Positions 49,574 through 63,716 of a stretch of DNA of 64,000 nt are shown piece after piece. The stretch is from Octopus sinensis (taxonomy: Eukaryota), in NCBI RefSeq assembly GCF_006345805.1, contig NC_042999.1, forward strand, positions 140,244,001 to 140,308,000, written 5' to 3'. Made by a program: the position numbers and the translations under genes. The first letter of the stretch is position 1. Each line of letters opens with the position of its first letter. The notes beneath the pieces are model-generated. The model saw only the letters and a list, made by a program, of their open reading frames with translations. It was not told where the DNA came from and searched no databases.

Positions 49574-50316
49574 CAAACATATATCTGTTGGAAATGCAAT
49601 ACTAACATTGTATGAAAGGTAGACCACAGTTAGGTGATGTATGTAGGAAGGATGACTATACTAGTATTGACATAAAGCAAATGTATTTACCAGTATAGTC
49701 ACTCTGCATATCTGATTAAATAGATTGCTTCTGAAGCAGCTGAATCTAATGAAGGCATACTATAGCTCCCTTTAAGCAAAGAATCCAAGTTTTTTGAAAT
49801 TCAATTAGATATCCAGCAATATAGTATTCTATTGCCAATGCACCTCATCTACATCATTCATCAATTAGACTGTAAGCATGTTCTGGCAGATTTCATGGAT
49901 ATCATTTTGTATAATTGTAAAGCAACTGTAGCAGTGCATGCGCGCGCACACACACACACACACACACATACATACACAAACACACAGAGTTATGTTGAAC
50001 AGGTATGTTATTTCAAAATAAATGAAAAGTTATTAGATTAAAACAAAATGTTAATGGGACTTTCCTTTAACTAGTGTAGATAAAAGAATGAATATAATTT
50101 TTAAGAGTGCTTCCTCTGCTGAATTGTAGTGCAAGAAAGACATAACTGACTTAAATGAACATTGTTTCCTTTTGTACAAGTATACATTGTCATTTGTTAG
50201 TTTCTGTATCCAATAATTTTTACATTGCTGCATTTTGATAGAGAATTTTGTTTGTAATTTACTTTTCACAAACTGTACTTGTTAACAATTTAATATTGAC
50301 TGCTTTACCATTGCAG

Positions 50317-50420
50317 ATTATGGGGAATAGTAGTGAATTCCAACGTGCAGTAAAATTGGTTGTAGAGCGTGTATCATTTGACAAGAATAACACTGTCCAA
50401 GTGTTTGAGGCAACCATCAG
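50317..50420 (+). CDS. EDEM1: EDEM1 exon 3 (catalytic Glu motif VFEATIR)
   Basis: TTGCAG| [35 protein letters not shown] |GTATGT. Confidence 0.97.
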
Positions 50421-51146
50421 GTATGTTGTCCTAAATTCATATTGTAAGATTCGAATTTTCAAAAAATAACAATGTAGATGTGATGTAATTGGATCATGAT
50501 GTATATTGGCTATGGATGGAGTACATGAGGCAGATTTTTAAATTTGGGGAGAAGGTATTTAATGTGAGTATTTAGAAGATTAAGCCTATTGCAAGAAATA
50601 TTTAAGGATTAAGTTCCATAGAAACATTGCTACACACAGCAAAACCAGTAATGGTCATAAGGTTTATCGTATAAACTGATTTCTACTTAAACAAGTAGGT
50701 GTGCTATAAGGATTTAGAATTGCAGGGAAGAATAAATGAAATTTTATGACTTTAATGTAATTTTCAGGATGATTAGTGATGTATGGTAAATGAAATGAGA
50801 ATATAAAATCATATTGGAAAAGCTGAAGATTTGCTTAAGGAACTGCAGAGGTGTGCTTCAGCTGCCTGACAGAAAACAAATTCCTTTTCTACTTTACAGC
50901 TGAGTGGTTAATGGTTGTAAGGGTATATAGCTATAAAAACAATTGCCCAACATTAAAACTATTTGACCCATGTAAGCATCAAAAAATGAAGGTAAAATAG
51001 AGAAAAAATGAAATGGCTTGTTACAAGTTGATGTTTGTATTAAAAAATAAATCACTGGAAAGTATCTCTATATTTAATAAATTTTATTAAATTATCCTGA
51101 CTGTCTGAACATATCTTCTAACACTATTCTATGATTATATTTGCAG

Positions 51147-51318
51147 AGTTCTTGGAGCCCTTCTCTCTGCTCATTTGATCATTACTGATCCCCACCAACC
51201 ATTTGGAAATATGAATTTGTTTGAGTACAATGATGAGCTCCTTCATCTTTCTCATGATCTTGCCTCTCGTCTCCTGCCTGCTTTTCAGGCTACTTCAACT
51301 GGTATTCCTTATCCAAGA
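51147..51318 (+). CDS. EDEM1: EDEM1 exon 4
   Basis: TTGCAG| [20 protein letters not shown]...[20 protein letters not shown] |GTAAGT. Confidence 0.97.
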
Positions 51319-51700
51319 GTAAGTCAACTGTTTACCAATACTTCAGTCTTTGAAGTTTTATTTGAAGTCTTTAATATGCAGGGAATATGCCGTTAGCATT
51401 TTTATATCATAACTTTTAGATTCTCCTTCAATTGATAAAATTGCCTTTTTGATGAATTTATTAACACTTTCAATTTTAGATTTTTTACACTTTTAATTTT
51501 AGGTTTTGATTTCTTTTTCACCTTAATAACAAGAATGTATATAAATATAAATGATGATAAAATAAATTTTGTCCTCTCAGTCTCATCATTTGATAGACCT
51601 CTTTTTCATTACCCCTTTACTCTGATTAATATAACCAGAGTAAAATAAAATATAAATCATGTTTTATCAATTTATCTTTTGTTACTTTAATTTTTTATTG

Positions 51701-51846
<146 letters not shown>

Positions 51847-52385
51847 TATTTCCAGTTTACAGTTCTTTAGGCACTGAAAGTAACCTTAGAAGCATTTTTT
51901 AGTTCTAGCAAACTTTCAATATTAACTGTTCACCTGTCTCAATGTATATCTATTGTACTACATTAAGAAAATCTGCCTCAACAAAATCCATCCAATCCCT
52001 GCAAGCATGGAAAAGTGGACATCAAATGATGATGATTAACACTTTCATGTGACGTGTCTTTATCATACAATTACAGTCATATAGATGAATATGTTTCACT
52101 ACTTTTCTTGTGTTTCCAGACTTTTGAACATGTTTTTACTGCTTAGTTTGAGATGAGGGGACAAAGCTATATCCATTTCATTTCCTTCTAGTCTAAGATA
52201 TAAGGATAAATGGGTGTAGTTAATACAGTTAATGTTCACTTTAGGATACTACATATTCCTGGTTGAGGAGAAAGGTGGAAATTCCAAAGTTGTAGGAATA
52301 TTTCAATACTTTTAGTATTTACATTTCATTTACATTGTTGTGGAATTGTTTTGTTTTTAATTTTTTTCATATTTTGCTTTTTCAG

Positions 52386-52569
52386 ATAAACTTAAAGAAA
52401 GGTGTTCCTCCTAATTGTTTGAATGAAACATGTACCTCAGGTGCAGGCACACTCCTGCTTGAATTTGGTGTACTCTCACGTCTGTTAGGTGATCCTGTTT
52501 ATGAGTCTGTAGCTCGACGAGCTGTTGAATCTCTATGGAAATACAAGTCTAATGTCACTGGATTATTAG
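52386..52569 (+). CDS. EDEM1: EDEM1 exon 5
   Basis: TTTCAG| [37 protein letters not shown]...SNVTGLLG |GTAATT. Confidence 0.97.
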
Positions 52570-53302
52570 GTAATTATTAACTGCTAAATGACAGGAAAGG
52601 GTTGCATGGATGTGTGTGCCAAACAGACAAAAAAAAAAGCAAAACGTATCTCTTTTTCTTAAGGGTAATTTTTATACTTATTTTCACTTTAAATAAGTAC
52701 ATAGGCAATAACAACCATTTGTCTCTTACACAATAAAATCTACATGCTCATTATCAAAAAGTGCCATAAAATATTCACTTTTCTTTGACGATGGCTGTAT
52801 CCATGTAAAATGTTTGAAACATCAATTGGTGATATCCATTGTTCTCTAATGAAATATCAATTGATGATGTCTGCCATTTAAGGATTAAGTAACTAATTTG
52901 AAATTTATATATGACTTGAATCACTATTGGTAAAATAAAAGTAAGACCCCCTTCCATTAACTGAAGTAGAACCTGTTATTGTCATTAAATAATTCAGATA
53001 CAAGAGACTTATGCTATGGCAGTAATTGATTGAATGATAGAAGCAACACTCACGTCTTATATGTCTGACATATAAGATGTCAGTTTCGGTTGAACTTCAG
53101 CTTTTAAACAGTACTATGAGACCATTCAATTTTTATTGTGGGCATGCTGTTTTATTATCTAGGACTCTAAATGTGTAGTCATTATTTTAAAGATTTTAAA
53201 GAGTTTATTGAGGGGAAATTTAACTGCTACATTATGTAGGTAAAGTGACTGCACTGTAATCCTCTCACCAGTTTGGTATACTATACAGTTTGGTATATAT
53301 AT

Positions 53303-53625
53303 ATCATCATCATCATCATCGTTTAATGTCCGCTTTCCATGCTAGCACGGGTTGGACAATTTGACTGAGGACTGGCGAACCAGAAGGCTGCACCAGGCTC
53401 CAATCTTGATCTAGCAGAGTTTCTACAGCTGGATGCCCTTCCTAATGCCAACCACTCTGAGGGCGTAGTGGGTGCTTTTATGTGCCGCCGGCACGAGGGC
53501 CAGTCAGTCGGTACTGGCAACAGCCACACTCAAATGGTGTTTTTTTACGTGCCACCTGCACAGGAGCCAATCCAGTGGCACTGGCAACGACCTTGCTTGA
53601 ATGTTTTTTTCACATGCCACCAGCA
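53303..53625 (-). mobile_element. RTE-type 3'-tail retroposon
   Basis: (CAT)n-CGTTTAATGTCCGCTTTCCATGCTAGCAC. Confidence 0.85.
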
Positions 53626-55447
53626 CCCAGGGAAAAGCACCACTGATGCTATATTTCTCGTAAGACAGCTGCAGGAGAAATACTTAACCAAAGAGCCAGG
53701 GAAAAGCACCATTGATGCTATATTTCTGGTAGGACAGCTGCAGGAGAAATACTTAGCCAAAGATAAACCTCTGTACCTGGCTTTTGTTGACATATATATA
53801 TATATATAAGCAAGGAAGGAGATAAGACTCTCATTCTGGCTGGCAAATGGCCCTGTTCAATATGTGGAAAAGGAACAGGATGTAATTCCATTTGCTGCAC
53901 CAAATGTAAGATTTGGATGCATAAGAGATGCAGTGGAATCTTGGGAAGGTTATCAGATAAGGTCACTTTTGTGTGTGGTAGATGTGCAGGAACAGTAAGT
54001 GTTAAGAGCTCGAGGCACTTAAACTCTCTCAGATGCCCAAGAGGCTCTCTTGTGGTAGTAGATTGGTTCTGCTATTTAGGTAACCAAATTAGTAATAGTG
54101 GTGGATGATCTGAAAGTATTTTTTCTAGAATAAGAATAGGGTGGAGGAAGTTCTGAGAATTACTACCTCTGTTGACAGAAAAAGGACTTTCTCTCAGAGT
54201 AAAATGTAGATTGTATGATGCTTGTGTGAGAATGGCTATGTTACATGGTAGTGAGACGTAAGTTATGACTGGAGGACATGCGTAGGCTGGAGAGGAATGA
54301 AGGTAGTATGCTTCTGCTCTGTTGGATTTACCACATCAGTGTGCATGACCGATAGAGCACAACTATGTTGAGAGAAAAGTTAAGCACAAGAGGGATTAAA
54401 TGTAGTATACAGGAGAGGAGAATGTGTTGGTTTGGACATATGATGTGTATGAGTGAAGACAGCTGTATACAGAAGTGCCTGTTGCTGAAAGTGGATGGCA
54501 CCTATGGAAGAGGGAGACCTAGGAAGACATGGGATGAAGTGGTAAGGACTGATCTTAAGATGTTGTGAGATATAAAGTTCTAGAGAAGACTCGTCTACGA
54601 AACAGAGTGCTTGAAGAGTTGTGTCCCACCCACTCTACCCTAAGAAACCGAACTACAACTCCTCTGCTAACTGCATCTTTCTCTTCTTTACATTTCCTCT
54701 TCATAAATTATAATAGTTTTCCAATCCCCTTTCTTGCCCTCACTGCCCTGCTTACTGTATCGCTGCTCTCTGCACCCCCAATACTTACACACCTTATTTT
54801 TTTAACCTTGTTCTACGCTCATATTCTTGTGAGTATACCCTAGCACTACACCATCTTTCTTCTGCTCTCTCTTACACTTTTGCTGTTTTCTACTCTCTCT
54901 CTCTCTATTTCCCTTTGGTCACACTCTCTCTCCTCTTGTTTTTCCTCTGACTCGATAACCAAGTATCTCCTTTACATCAGCACACTTGTTTCTGGCCCCT
55001 CTCTCTCTCTCTCTCTCTTTCTCTTGGTAATCATGTATCTCCTCTATAGCAAAACCCCTATTTCTGCCTCTCTATTTCTCTGTTATGCTCTAATCTTTCA
55101 TCATTTGATACTGGATCACCTCCTCTTATGACCCCTCTGTTGTCGCAAGACTCCTGCTTTTGTCTCTTTGTTACACTCTAACCTTTCATCCTTTGACACA
55201 AGTTCTCTCCTCAAATGCCTTGCTCCTCTCATAATTCCTTGTCTTGTGAGTTATTTGGTTACCTGACAAGTGGTGGTGCCACATTAAAAACATCCAGTCC
55301 ACACTGTAACATGGCTGGTGTTTGGAAGAGCATCCAGCTGTAAAAGTCATGTCAAAACTAACCTCACCTATGCTAGTGCCATGTAAAAAGCACTGAGTCC
55401 ATTCTACAGAGTTGTTGGTGTTAGGAATGGACATTAAATGATGATGA
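53626..55447 (+). mobile_element. RTE LINE 3' portion (duplicated RT block, PHD-like finger, C-terminal domain, 3' UTR, (GAT)n tail), interrupted by (TA)n
   Basis: GKSTTDAIFLVRQLQEKY occurs twice, followed by KWPCSIC...WMHKRCSG...CGRC, GRGRPRKTWDEVVRTDLKML and a tail ...TAAATGATGATGAT. Confidence 0.88.
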
Positions 55448-57573
55448 TATATATATATATTGTTTAATGTCCATGTTCCATACTGACATGGTTACACACA
55501 CACACACGTAATGGGCTTCTTTCAGGTTCTAATTTCCAAATTCACTCATTAGTTTTTGCTCAATCTGAGGCTATAGTAGAACACATTTAACTAAGGTGCC
55601 ACACAATGCAACTGAGTCTGAAACTGAGATTAGGAAGCAACCTTTTTAACCATGCATGTATGCATGTGTGTGTGTGTGTGTGTGTCTTTACCAGCTAGAT
55701 CATATTACCTTGTGTGGATATAAATGTCTTAGATTTCTGGTGGGTCATGATTCTTACACTGTTCAAGATAACCTTCTTGTGTTCATGCTACAATAATATG
55801 TACCTAAATCTGTGTAAAGTGGTTGGTTTCCAGGCACAGATATGAAGCTAAAATACAATGTACAAGTGAGTTATGGTTCTCTTGCCCATCTAGAAGGGCT
55901 GTAACTTTTAATAACTGATTTAGACCATGATGTCTTGTCTATCCCTTGGCAGATGGAAAGTAAATATAAAACAATAATGATGATGACAGCAGTAGCACTG
56001 CCCCTTCATAAAAGTGTGTCTAAAGTTACTTGAAAGTAAACATAAAATGATGACAACAATGACCAGCAGTGTCACCTCATCATAAAACTTGAATATGTCC
56101 TGATTCTTTGGGGATTAAGCCATAATAGAACTGCACCTTACCTGCATCAGAGGGGATATCAATAAACTCGTGTGTGCTCATCATACCTGTTATCCCCTCA
56201 AGACACAGACTAACTTGTGTTGTGATCCAGCCACTTCAATTCCAGATGGATAGTGAGCAGTCCCTGAGGCTGGTGAGGCATAATTTGGTTGGATCTTGAA
56301 TGTGAATTGAGGAGCATAGGGCGATACAATATAAAACATTTGACAACTTATTAAAGTAACAATTCTAAACATTAAAAACAGTAATTAACAAATATTATTT
56401 TGGAGCAATCTGTAGAAAACTAGGCCTAGATACATTACTGTGCCTAATATAATGCCTGATATTCCTGTGTTCTCAATGGCTTCTCTCCCCTCAAACAGCA
56501 TAAATTAAAATAAGTACTACTTCAGCTGATTGTGATTTGCATACTACTAATTTTGTTCTAGAAAATAAAATGAGATCTATGCATATCTTTCTAGTTTATG
56601 TATTTACATTAAAATTGATATAGATAGTATTTTATAAAAAAAAGAAAAAAAACAGTTTATAAAGTATTTATTCTCACATGGGAGAAGAGTTGTTCTTGTT
56701 AGCTTTCATTCTTTTTATTGGCTCTTGACCATCAAGTTTAATTTTTCTTTTATTTGTTTTGATGTCAGGTAAATGAGATAGGTGATTTAATATACCTACA
56801 AAGTACATTACCATTGCTTAGATACTAATAACAAGTAAATAAGATAGCATAGTGATTAGATGCTAACTCCATGACTCTTCAATTTAGCTATTGTGATTCC
56901 TTTTATAAGCTAACTATGTCATCTTAATTGAATGAAGTTTATATTCAAACTATTAAAGTGAGAATAAGTTAATTTACTATGAGGAAAAGAGAAGAGGAAC
57001 ATGCTGAGACATCAAACTTTTCCTCTTCTACACTGTTAACTTATTCCCACTTTGTGAGCTGTTTGTATTTACTATTTACCAATGCAAACAATAGCCAGTT
57101 CCTTCAAAGTCTATTATTTTATTTTGATCTCTATTCAGGTGATCAACAGTTCTAAATGGATAGTGTTTCTTTCATACACTTGTATGATAATGCATCACTT
57201 TCTGTTGTTTTAATATAATGTTATTTCATTCAGTTTTTCTGTCTATCTGTCTGTCTCCCCACCACCACCTCTCTCATCTAAGATTAACTTTACTGAGGTT
57301 GAACATGTATGAATTATTGGTTAAATGATATGAATAGATCTGAAAAAAAAACATGAAATTGACAGGCAACTGAAAATAATCAATCCTACTCAAGTTGAAT
57401 AGATGATGTGAATTTTGTAAAAAGCATTGTGAGACAATGATATTGGCCATAATAGTGGTAGAGTAAGGAATATATAAAATGAATGTTAACTTTGAGTTAG
57501 CTAATATCTAATTACAGTAGTATGGAAGAATATTACTGAAAAGTGATGATAATATTTATTTCTGCTGTTTCAG

Positions 57574-57665
57574 GTAATGTAATTAATATACAAACTGGAG
57601 AATGGGTTGGCATCATGAGTGGACTTGGAGCTGGTCTTGATTCCTTTTATGAATACTTGCTCAAG
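57574..57665 (+). CDS. EDEM1: EDEM1 exon 6 ([13 protein letters not shown] motif)
   Basis: TTTCAG| [30 protein letters not shown] |GTTAGA. Confidence 0.96.
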
Positions 57666-58117
57666 GTTAGATATTTTTACAATGTTATTTTTTGTCATAG
57701 AAATTAATCATCTCAAAAACTAAAATGTTTTGAATTATACATACATACACAATCATCCTCATCATCATGTTTATTTTTCTATTTTTGCATTATCAGATGA
57801 AATTCATTGAGACAAAATTTCTATGGCGTGTTATTCTTGTCACTAACCCTCACCTGGGTTTTTTTTTTTATCTATGTCTCACAAATTCCATTTTAAACTT
57901 GTGCAGATCTATATGGTAAATATTTGATAATGGTACTGCAGCAACAGAGTTGGGGGAGAGCAATAAAAGAGCCTGTACCTAATGGTAGGGCAGATAATGA
58001 TGGCCTAAGCCTTCTGCTTTAGGGTCAGAAAATACCTTGTTCTAGTCAGCTACTTAACTCTACAAACCTCCAGTAAGATCCAAAATGGAGTACTACTCTC
58101 ACAGCTGGAATGATTTT

Positions 58118-60200
58118 TTTATCATCAATTAGCATCCATCTTTCATGCTGGCATGAGTTGGACAGTTTGACGGTATCTGACAAGCTGGAGCACTGTGTTG
58201 AGTTCCAGTATCAGCTTCACATGTCTTCTATAACTGGATGCCCTTCCTAATGTCTACCACTCTAAAAATGTACTGGCTGCTTTTTTCTTGACATCAGCCT
58301 TAGTGAGGTCACTTACTGCTAGTATTGAGAGGCTAAAGTATAATAGAGAGGTAGTGCTTTGATGTAGAAGAGTTACATAACTACCTAACATTATATAAAG
58401 GTGGGTGAGAATAGCTGGAAAGAAAGCAAGCAATGATAGTGGGGATAAAGTGTCAGAGCATACTTTCAAGATATAAGATGCATGTAAGAGAGATTATGGA
58501 CAAAGGATCAGGAAGGGTGGATGGATACGTCCATTGGAGTGTAAGAAGAAAGTGACAGATAGTTAAAGATGGAGCAAGCGGTGAATGGAACAAGATAAAG
58601 TGTGGTTGATAATAAATATCAGTATGGGGGTAGGGAAAGGAAGAGATAAGTGGCAGTACAGTAAAGATGGAGGACAGCAGTGTAATAAATATGTAGATAG
58701 GCCAGAAAATAGGGAGATGATGTGCAGGGTGGAAAAGGGGAGAGTGAGACAGAGAAAGAGAGGTACAGTGACAGAGATGGATGTCAGGTACATTAGATTG
58801 GCTATAGTTAATGGGGAACAAAAGTGGGGGAGGCCATCATTGACAGATATGAGAGAGTGTTAAAGATGAAGTATGACAGCCTTAAGATGTAAATCAAAAG
58901 AGAGATGACTGAGGCACAAAAAGAGGTGATTGGGTGGGGGTAAAATGAAGGATGAATTTTGAAAGAATGTGGTACTAAGGAGAGGGGAGGTAACTGATAG
59001 AACACAGTGTGGATGAAATATGTGCAAATAGGTGGAGATGGTTTGATAAGGACAGACTGGATGCAGGGTCAAGGCTCAGTGAGTGTGTAGATATAAACAT
59101 AATGCTTTAGGATATCACTTTTATCAAGACAAATGGATCTTCTCAAGCACAGCAAATCATCTCAATCACCAATCATCTCTATCCTTTCCTTGGAGCTCAA
59201 CATCTTGAGATCAGCCTTCACTATTCTGTCCCATGTCTTCCTGGGTCTCATTCATGCACGAATTCCACCCATATTTAAGCACTTTTATATACAGTTGTTC
59301 TCATCCATATGCATCACATGACCATAGCAACACAATCTTCTCTCTTGCATGATTCTCCTTGTGCTCGATTCTCTTAACTCATTTGCGCACTGATGTTGCA
59401 CATCTAGTGGAGCACACAAGCTTCATTCCTTTCTAGTTTTCACTTGTTGTTTGCATTCAGGGCCCATGTCTCACTACCATGTAGCATTGTTTGTATACAA
59501 GCACCATACAATCCATCTTTCATTCAGAGAAAGAGGTTTGTGACCAACAGTAGTAAAAGCTCTCTGAACTTTCTTGAGCCAGTTCTTTTTCAAGTAACTT
59601 ACTTTCACAACATTCCCATCCTCTGCAAATTAAGTTACCTAAGCAACAGTAACTATCTATTACCTCTAGGGAACTTCCTCATTTGAGAAAATCTACTTCC
59701 TGTGTGTTCTTAGTGTTTATTGCTCCTGCACATTTGCCAGATACAAAGTTTCTTTTCTCTATTAACCTTTCTTGTGATTCCACTGAGCTTCCTTTGTGTG
59801 CATAGCTTGCACTGGATATACTATGTGGAATCTCTGCCTACACCTTTCTTACATATTGATCAAAGCCATTTTCCTGAAGGGGTATAAGTCCTGTTTGTTT
59901 TCTGCTTACTAGGGCATTAGTTTTTGCTTAGTTAACTTTAAAGCTCTTTGGTTCCTGGTTTTGCTTCTACACCTGGAATCGTATTCCTAATTCTTCTACA
60001 GATTCTTCTATAAGAATGAGGTCAGCAACCTGTAGTTCCCAAGGAAACTACTATATGAGAAAGAATTAGATGGCCCAAGAAACATGAAATTCTGGAAGAT
60101 GATGATGTGGAGGTTTATAGAACTAATGACCACATCAGAGAACTAGTCAACACACATGACAAAAAGGAGGGTTACAGTAGAGTAAGGGACCTAGATAGAG
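58118..60200 (-). mobile_element. 5'-truncated RTE LINE (RT 3' half, 3' UTR and tail), decayed
   Basis: ADLILIEESVEELGIRFQV-like RT block near 60000, purine-rich plus strand at 58400-59100 (3' UTR), and tail at ~58120. Confidence 0.75.
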
Positions 60201-60239
60201 TTGATGGTATTGTTGCATAGGGGAAAATGTTTTTTGATT

Positions 60240-60820
60240 GCTTGAGGAAATGTTTGGTAATAAATATAGGTAGGTTAGATAGTAGGTTGTACCAGATAAC
60301 TTTATTTTCTGTTCTTATTTATTTGGTGTTATGTATTTAATCTGTTCTTTGAAGTTGTTTCGTTTGAAGGGATTGTCATAAGTGTATGCATTATATAGAA
60401 GCAAGCTTTCTTTGTTGTATGAAAGTTTGGAAAGTCTGTAAGAAATACTTTTAGCTAAGTTTTTGATAATGGCAAGGGAGTGGTTGGAAGATGCCTATGT
60501 ATTAGCTTTTGTTTGGATTTCATGGTGCATGTATAGATGTATGGAATAATTGAAGTCTAAGGTGTTGTCTAAGAAATTCAGTTTTTGTATTAATGCCTAT
60601 CACTGTTGACCAACATTCATTTGTGTATAATTGTTAAGGAGTTTAATAACACTATTTGGTGTGTGGTTGAATTGATTTTGTATAGATTCTTCATTTTGAT
60701 GTGTATTTCAATTGATTTGGCGAGTGAAGTTATTTTGTTTCTTAGGTTTTTCAAAAATCTATTATTTGTTGTACTTCATGTTCTTGGTTAACTGAAATAG
60801 ATTCTGTTCAAAGTGTGTTG
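60240..60820 (-). mobile_element. Decayed Penelope-like RT C-terminal fragment
   Basis: SNHSLAIIKNLAKSISYRLSKL...ENKVIWYN resembles the PLE 'HPP.IIK...I..R.S.LS...IIWFNPP' block. Confidence 0.65.
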
Positions 60821-61710
60821 GGAGGAAGGCATTTGGTCTTAAGGCTATATTTAAGTTTAGAAGTAGACATTATTATTATAATACAGAACTTTCCATCTTC
60901 TACTGGTTTCATTCTGGGCATGAATTTTTTGACTGATGTGGAGATACTATATAGTGTTTAAGGATAGTGTGTGTGTGTGTTAGTTTCTGTTTCAAAAGAA
61001 AAAGGGCGATGTTGATTTGCTTGTTTTTATTTATTTTTCTTTTTGTATTGATGTATGAATGAGGCATATGTGTTTACACATTTGTGCATGGGTGAAGTAG
61101 ACAGGTAGTAAATTGGATTCATATGTTGCTACTGGGGCTAGATGATTTAGGAATGAGAAAGTGTTGATTGTGCTGTGCAAGTTCTCCCTACTTAAAACTA
61201 GTTAACATGCAAGTCATGCCATTTGGCCCTAATGATGTGTGTTTCTTAGAACCACAGATAGACAGTGGACCACTCATTATGGTGATTGATGTTTCACACA
61301 TACATTTGGCGCAATTAAATACTGCCACATCCATAGTTTCCTTGCTTACAAGAACATGTGGAAAGTTATGTTTTGAGCAACACCAATTTTTGATAACAAG
61401 ATTTTGAAGGTATAGTTTATATTTCTAAGTGATAATTCTAATGCTTGTTCCTCTATTTCTTCCTTATTCAGTCATTTATCTTAAGTGTAATTGGTCTGCC
61501 AAGAGGTCAGATCACTCACAATTCTTCAGGGTTCAGCAGTATCCTCTACTGATGTACCTTGTGGTCAAAGTCATAGTTGAACACTACATGGAAACTCTAG
61601 ACATACACCTTATGCATTCAGCTCTTTCTTTTTCTACATCTCTGTATGCAGATTTTTGGACATGCACACCTAATTAAATTCTAAATTTCCATTTACTTTC
61701 ATTATTCTAG

Positions 61711-61793
61711 TCTTTCATTATGTTTGGTGATAATGAAGATCTGAAAAAATTTAATGAATCCTATGAAACAATAAAATTCCACATGCGAAGAGG
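61711..61793 (+). CDS. EDEM1: EDEM1 exon 7
   Basis: TTCTAG| SFIMFGDNEDLKKFNESYETIKFHMRRG |GTAAGT. Confidence 0.96.
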
Positions 61794-62104
61794 GTAAGTC
61801 TTTTCAAACATTCACAATTTAATTCTGATAAAATTCTTGTCTTTCTATCAACTGAACATATTCTGTACATGTCTTCCTATGGGCAGCATTTAATAATTTG
61901 ATTCTATGTTACTGAAATCTTTTGGAGGAGTTCATCTCATCTCTACAAACTGGAAGCTCTTGTTTGTCTATGGCTTCTTGTGAAAGTTTACTATATTCTT
62001 CTACCTCATGCTCCTTATTTACAACTAAATACACTGGACCAACAGTTGTTGTCCCCAAATCAATAAACAATACTATTCCAGTGCCTCCAATTTAATCTTA
62101 ATTA

Positions 62105-62640
62105 TCACCATCATTTAACATCCATTGTCCATGCTGGAATGAGCTGGACGGTTTGACTGGGCTGGCATGTTGGAAGGCTGCACCAGACTCCAGTCTGATT
62201 TGGCATGGTATTGTACGGCTGGATGCCCTTTCTAATGCTAACCACTCTGAGAGTGTAATAGGTGCTTTTACATGCCACCTGCACGGGTGTCATTTGTGGA
62301 ACACCGGGGTGCTTTTACATGCCACTGGCACAGGTGCCAATTTGTGTGACACTGGTATCTGCCACGACTGATTTTACTAGGCTTGTTGGGTTTTCTTCTC
62401 AAGTACGACATAATGCCCAAAGGTCTGTCATTGCCTCTGTGAGGCCCAACACTTGAAAGGAACTCAGCCACTTTGTCTCTGCGAGGCCCAATGCTTGAAA
62501 GGTGTTCTTTACATGCTACCAGCACGGGTGCACTTGGCTTGACAGGTCTTCTCAAGCACAGCACATTGCAAAAGGGCTTGGTCACTAGTCATTGCTTCAG
62601 TGAAGCTCAAAGTTCAAAGATCATGCTTCACCACCTCGTT
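62105..62640 (-). mobile_element. RTE-type 3'-tail retroposon in EDEM1 intron 7
   Basis: CATCATTTAACATCCATTGTCCATGCTGG...GGATGCCCTTTCTAATGCTAACCACTC. Confidence 0.8.
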
Positions 62641-63716
62641 CCATGTCTTCCTGGGTTTACCTTTACCACAGGTTCCCTCCACAGTTAGAGATTGGCACTT
62701 TACACAGCTGTCCTCATCCTGTGTTGATTAAATCATTAGAAATGAATAATAGTAAGACAAAGTCTGAGTCTTGGGTTTATAAGCATTTAGTTGATTGGTA
62801 TTCTTAACTATACTCAGTGATGAGTGAAACCTTATGCTTTGAAAATCAAATTTTAGGACATCATGATAGCAATAAAGAGGTGATGACTATAGCAAGAAAT
62901 ACCTGTTTGATGATGAAGTTGAACATAAACTGACACTAAAATGGGTCCATTTTAGTTTTATTTTTTCATTATTAATAAATAGGAACTGCATCATTAATGT
63001 GATTTTTAGGAATACAGGATTTTTTTTTATGAAGACAAGGAGCAATATTTGTAACTTTTGCAGCTCATCTCAGACTGTGGTTAATGTAGCTGATGTTTAT
63101 ATGAAACCTCTGCTGATCCATGTTTGTATAGAAAATATAGATTTGGACAGAATAGATTTGGCAAAGTGTTCAGTATAAGGCCTGAGAACACACAGTAGAA
63201 ATAGTGGTATGAAGAGAGGAATATGTATTAGGCAGGTATAATTATAGATGATACTGAGTTTACTAATTTACAAGAATAGTGATGGAGACAGCTTATGGGC
63301 TTATGGTTTAGTGCATTGGTGGGCTTGCATTTAAGGAGGAATACACTATTGTATACATACAATTTCTAATAAAACTGAATGTGTGATATGACTCTTAGTA
63401 TGGCCATTAACCCCCACACATGCACACTACTTCCAACTTGTGTCAAAGTTGTAAAAGCATCAGACAAAATGTTTTAGTGTTTCTTCCAACTCTTTATGTA
63501 CTGTGGCCAACTTTGCCTTTCATCCCTCTGGGATTGAGAAACAAAAGTACCAGTCATGCATTGTAATTGATAGTATAATCCCCACTAAAAAATTGTAGAC
63601 TGTGTGTCTATATCAGAAACAATTATTAACTAATATTTTGTTATTTAAAGTATTGACTGGAGTTATTTAGTGCTTTTGATAATGTATTACCATGTTTAAG
63701 ATGCGTTTTATTGCAG

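Noticed and set aside
58453-59072. Cluster of 70-122-aa ORFs on both strands
   Set aside because: Low-complexity purine/pyrimidine-biased RTE 3' UTR; no recognisable domains.
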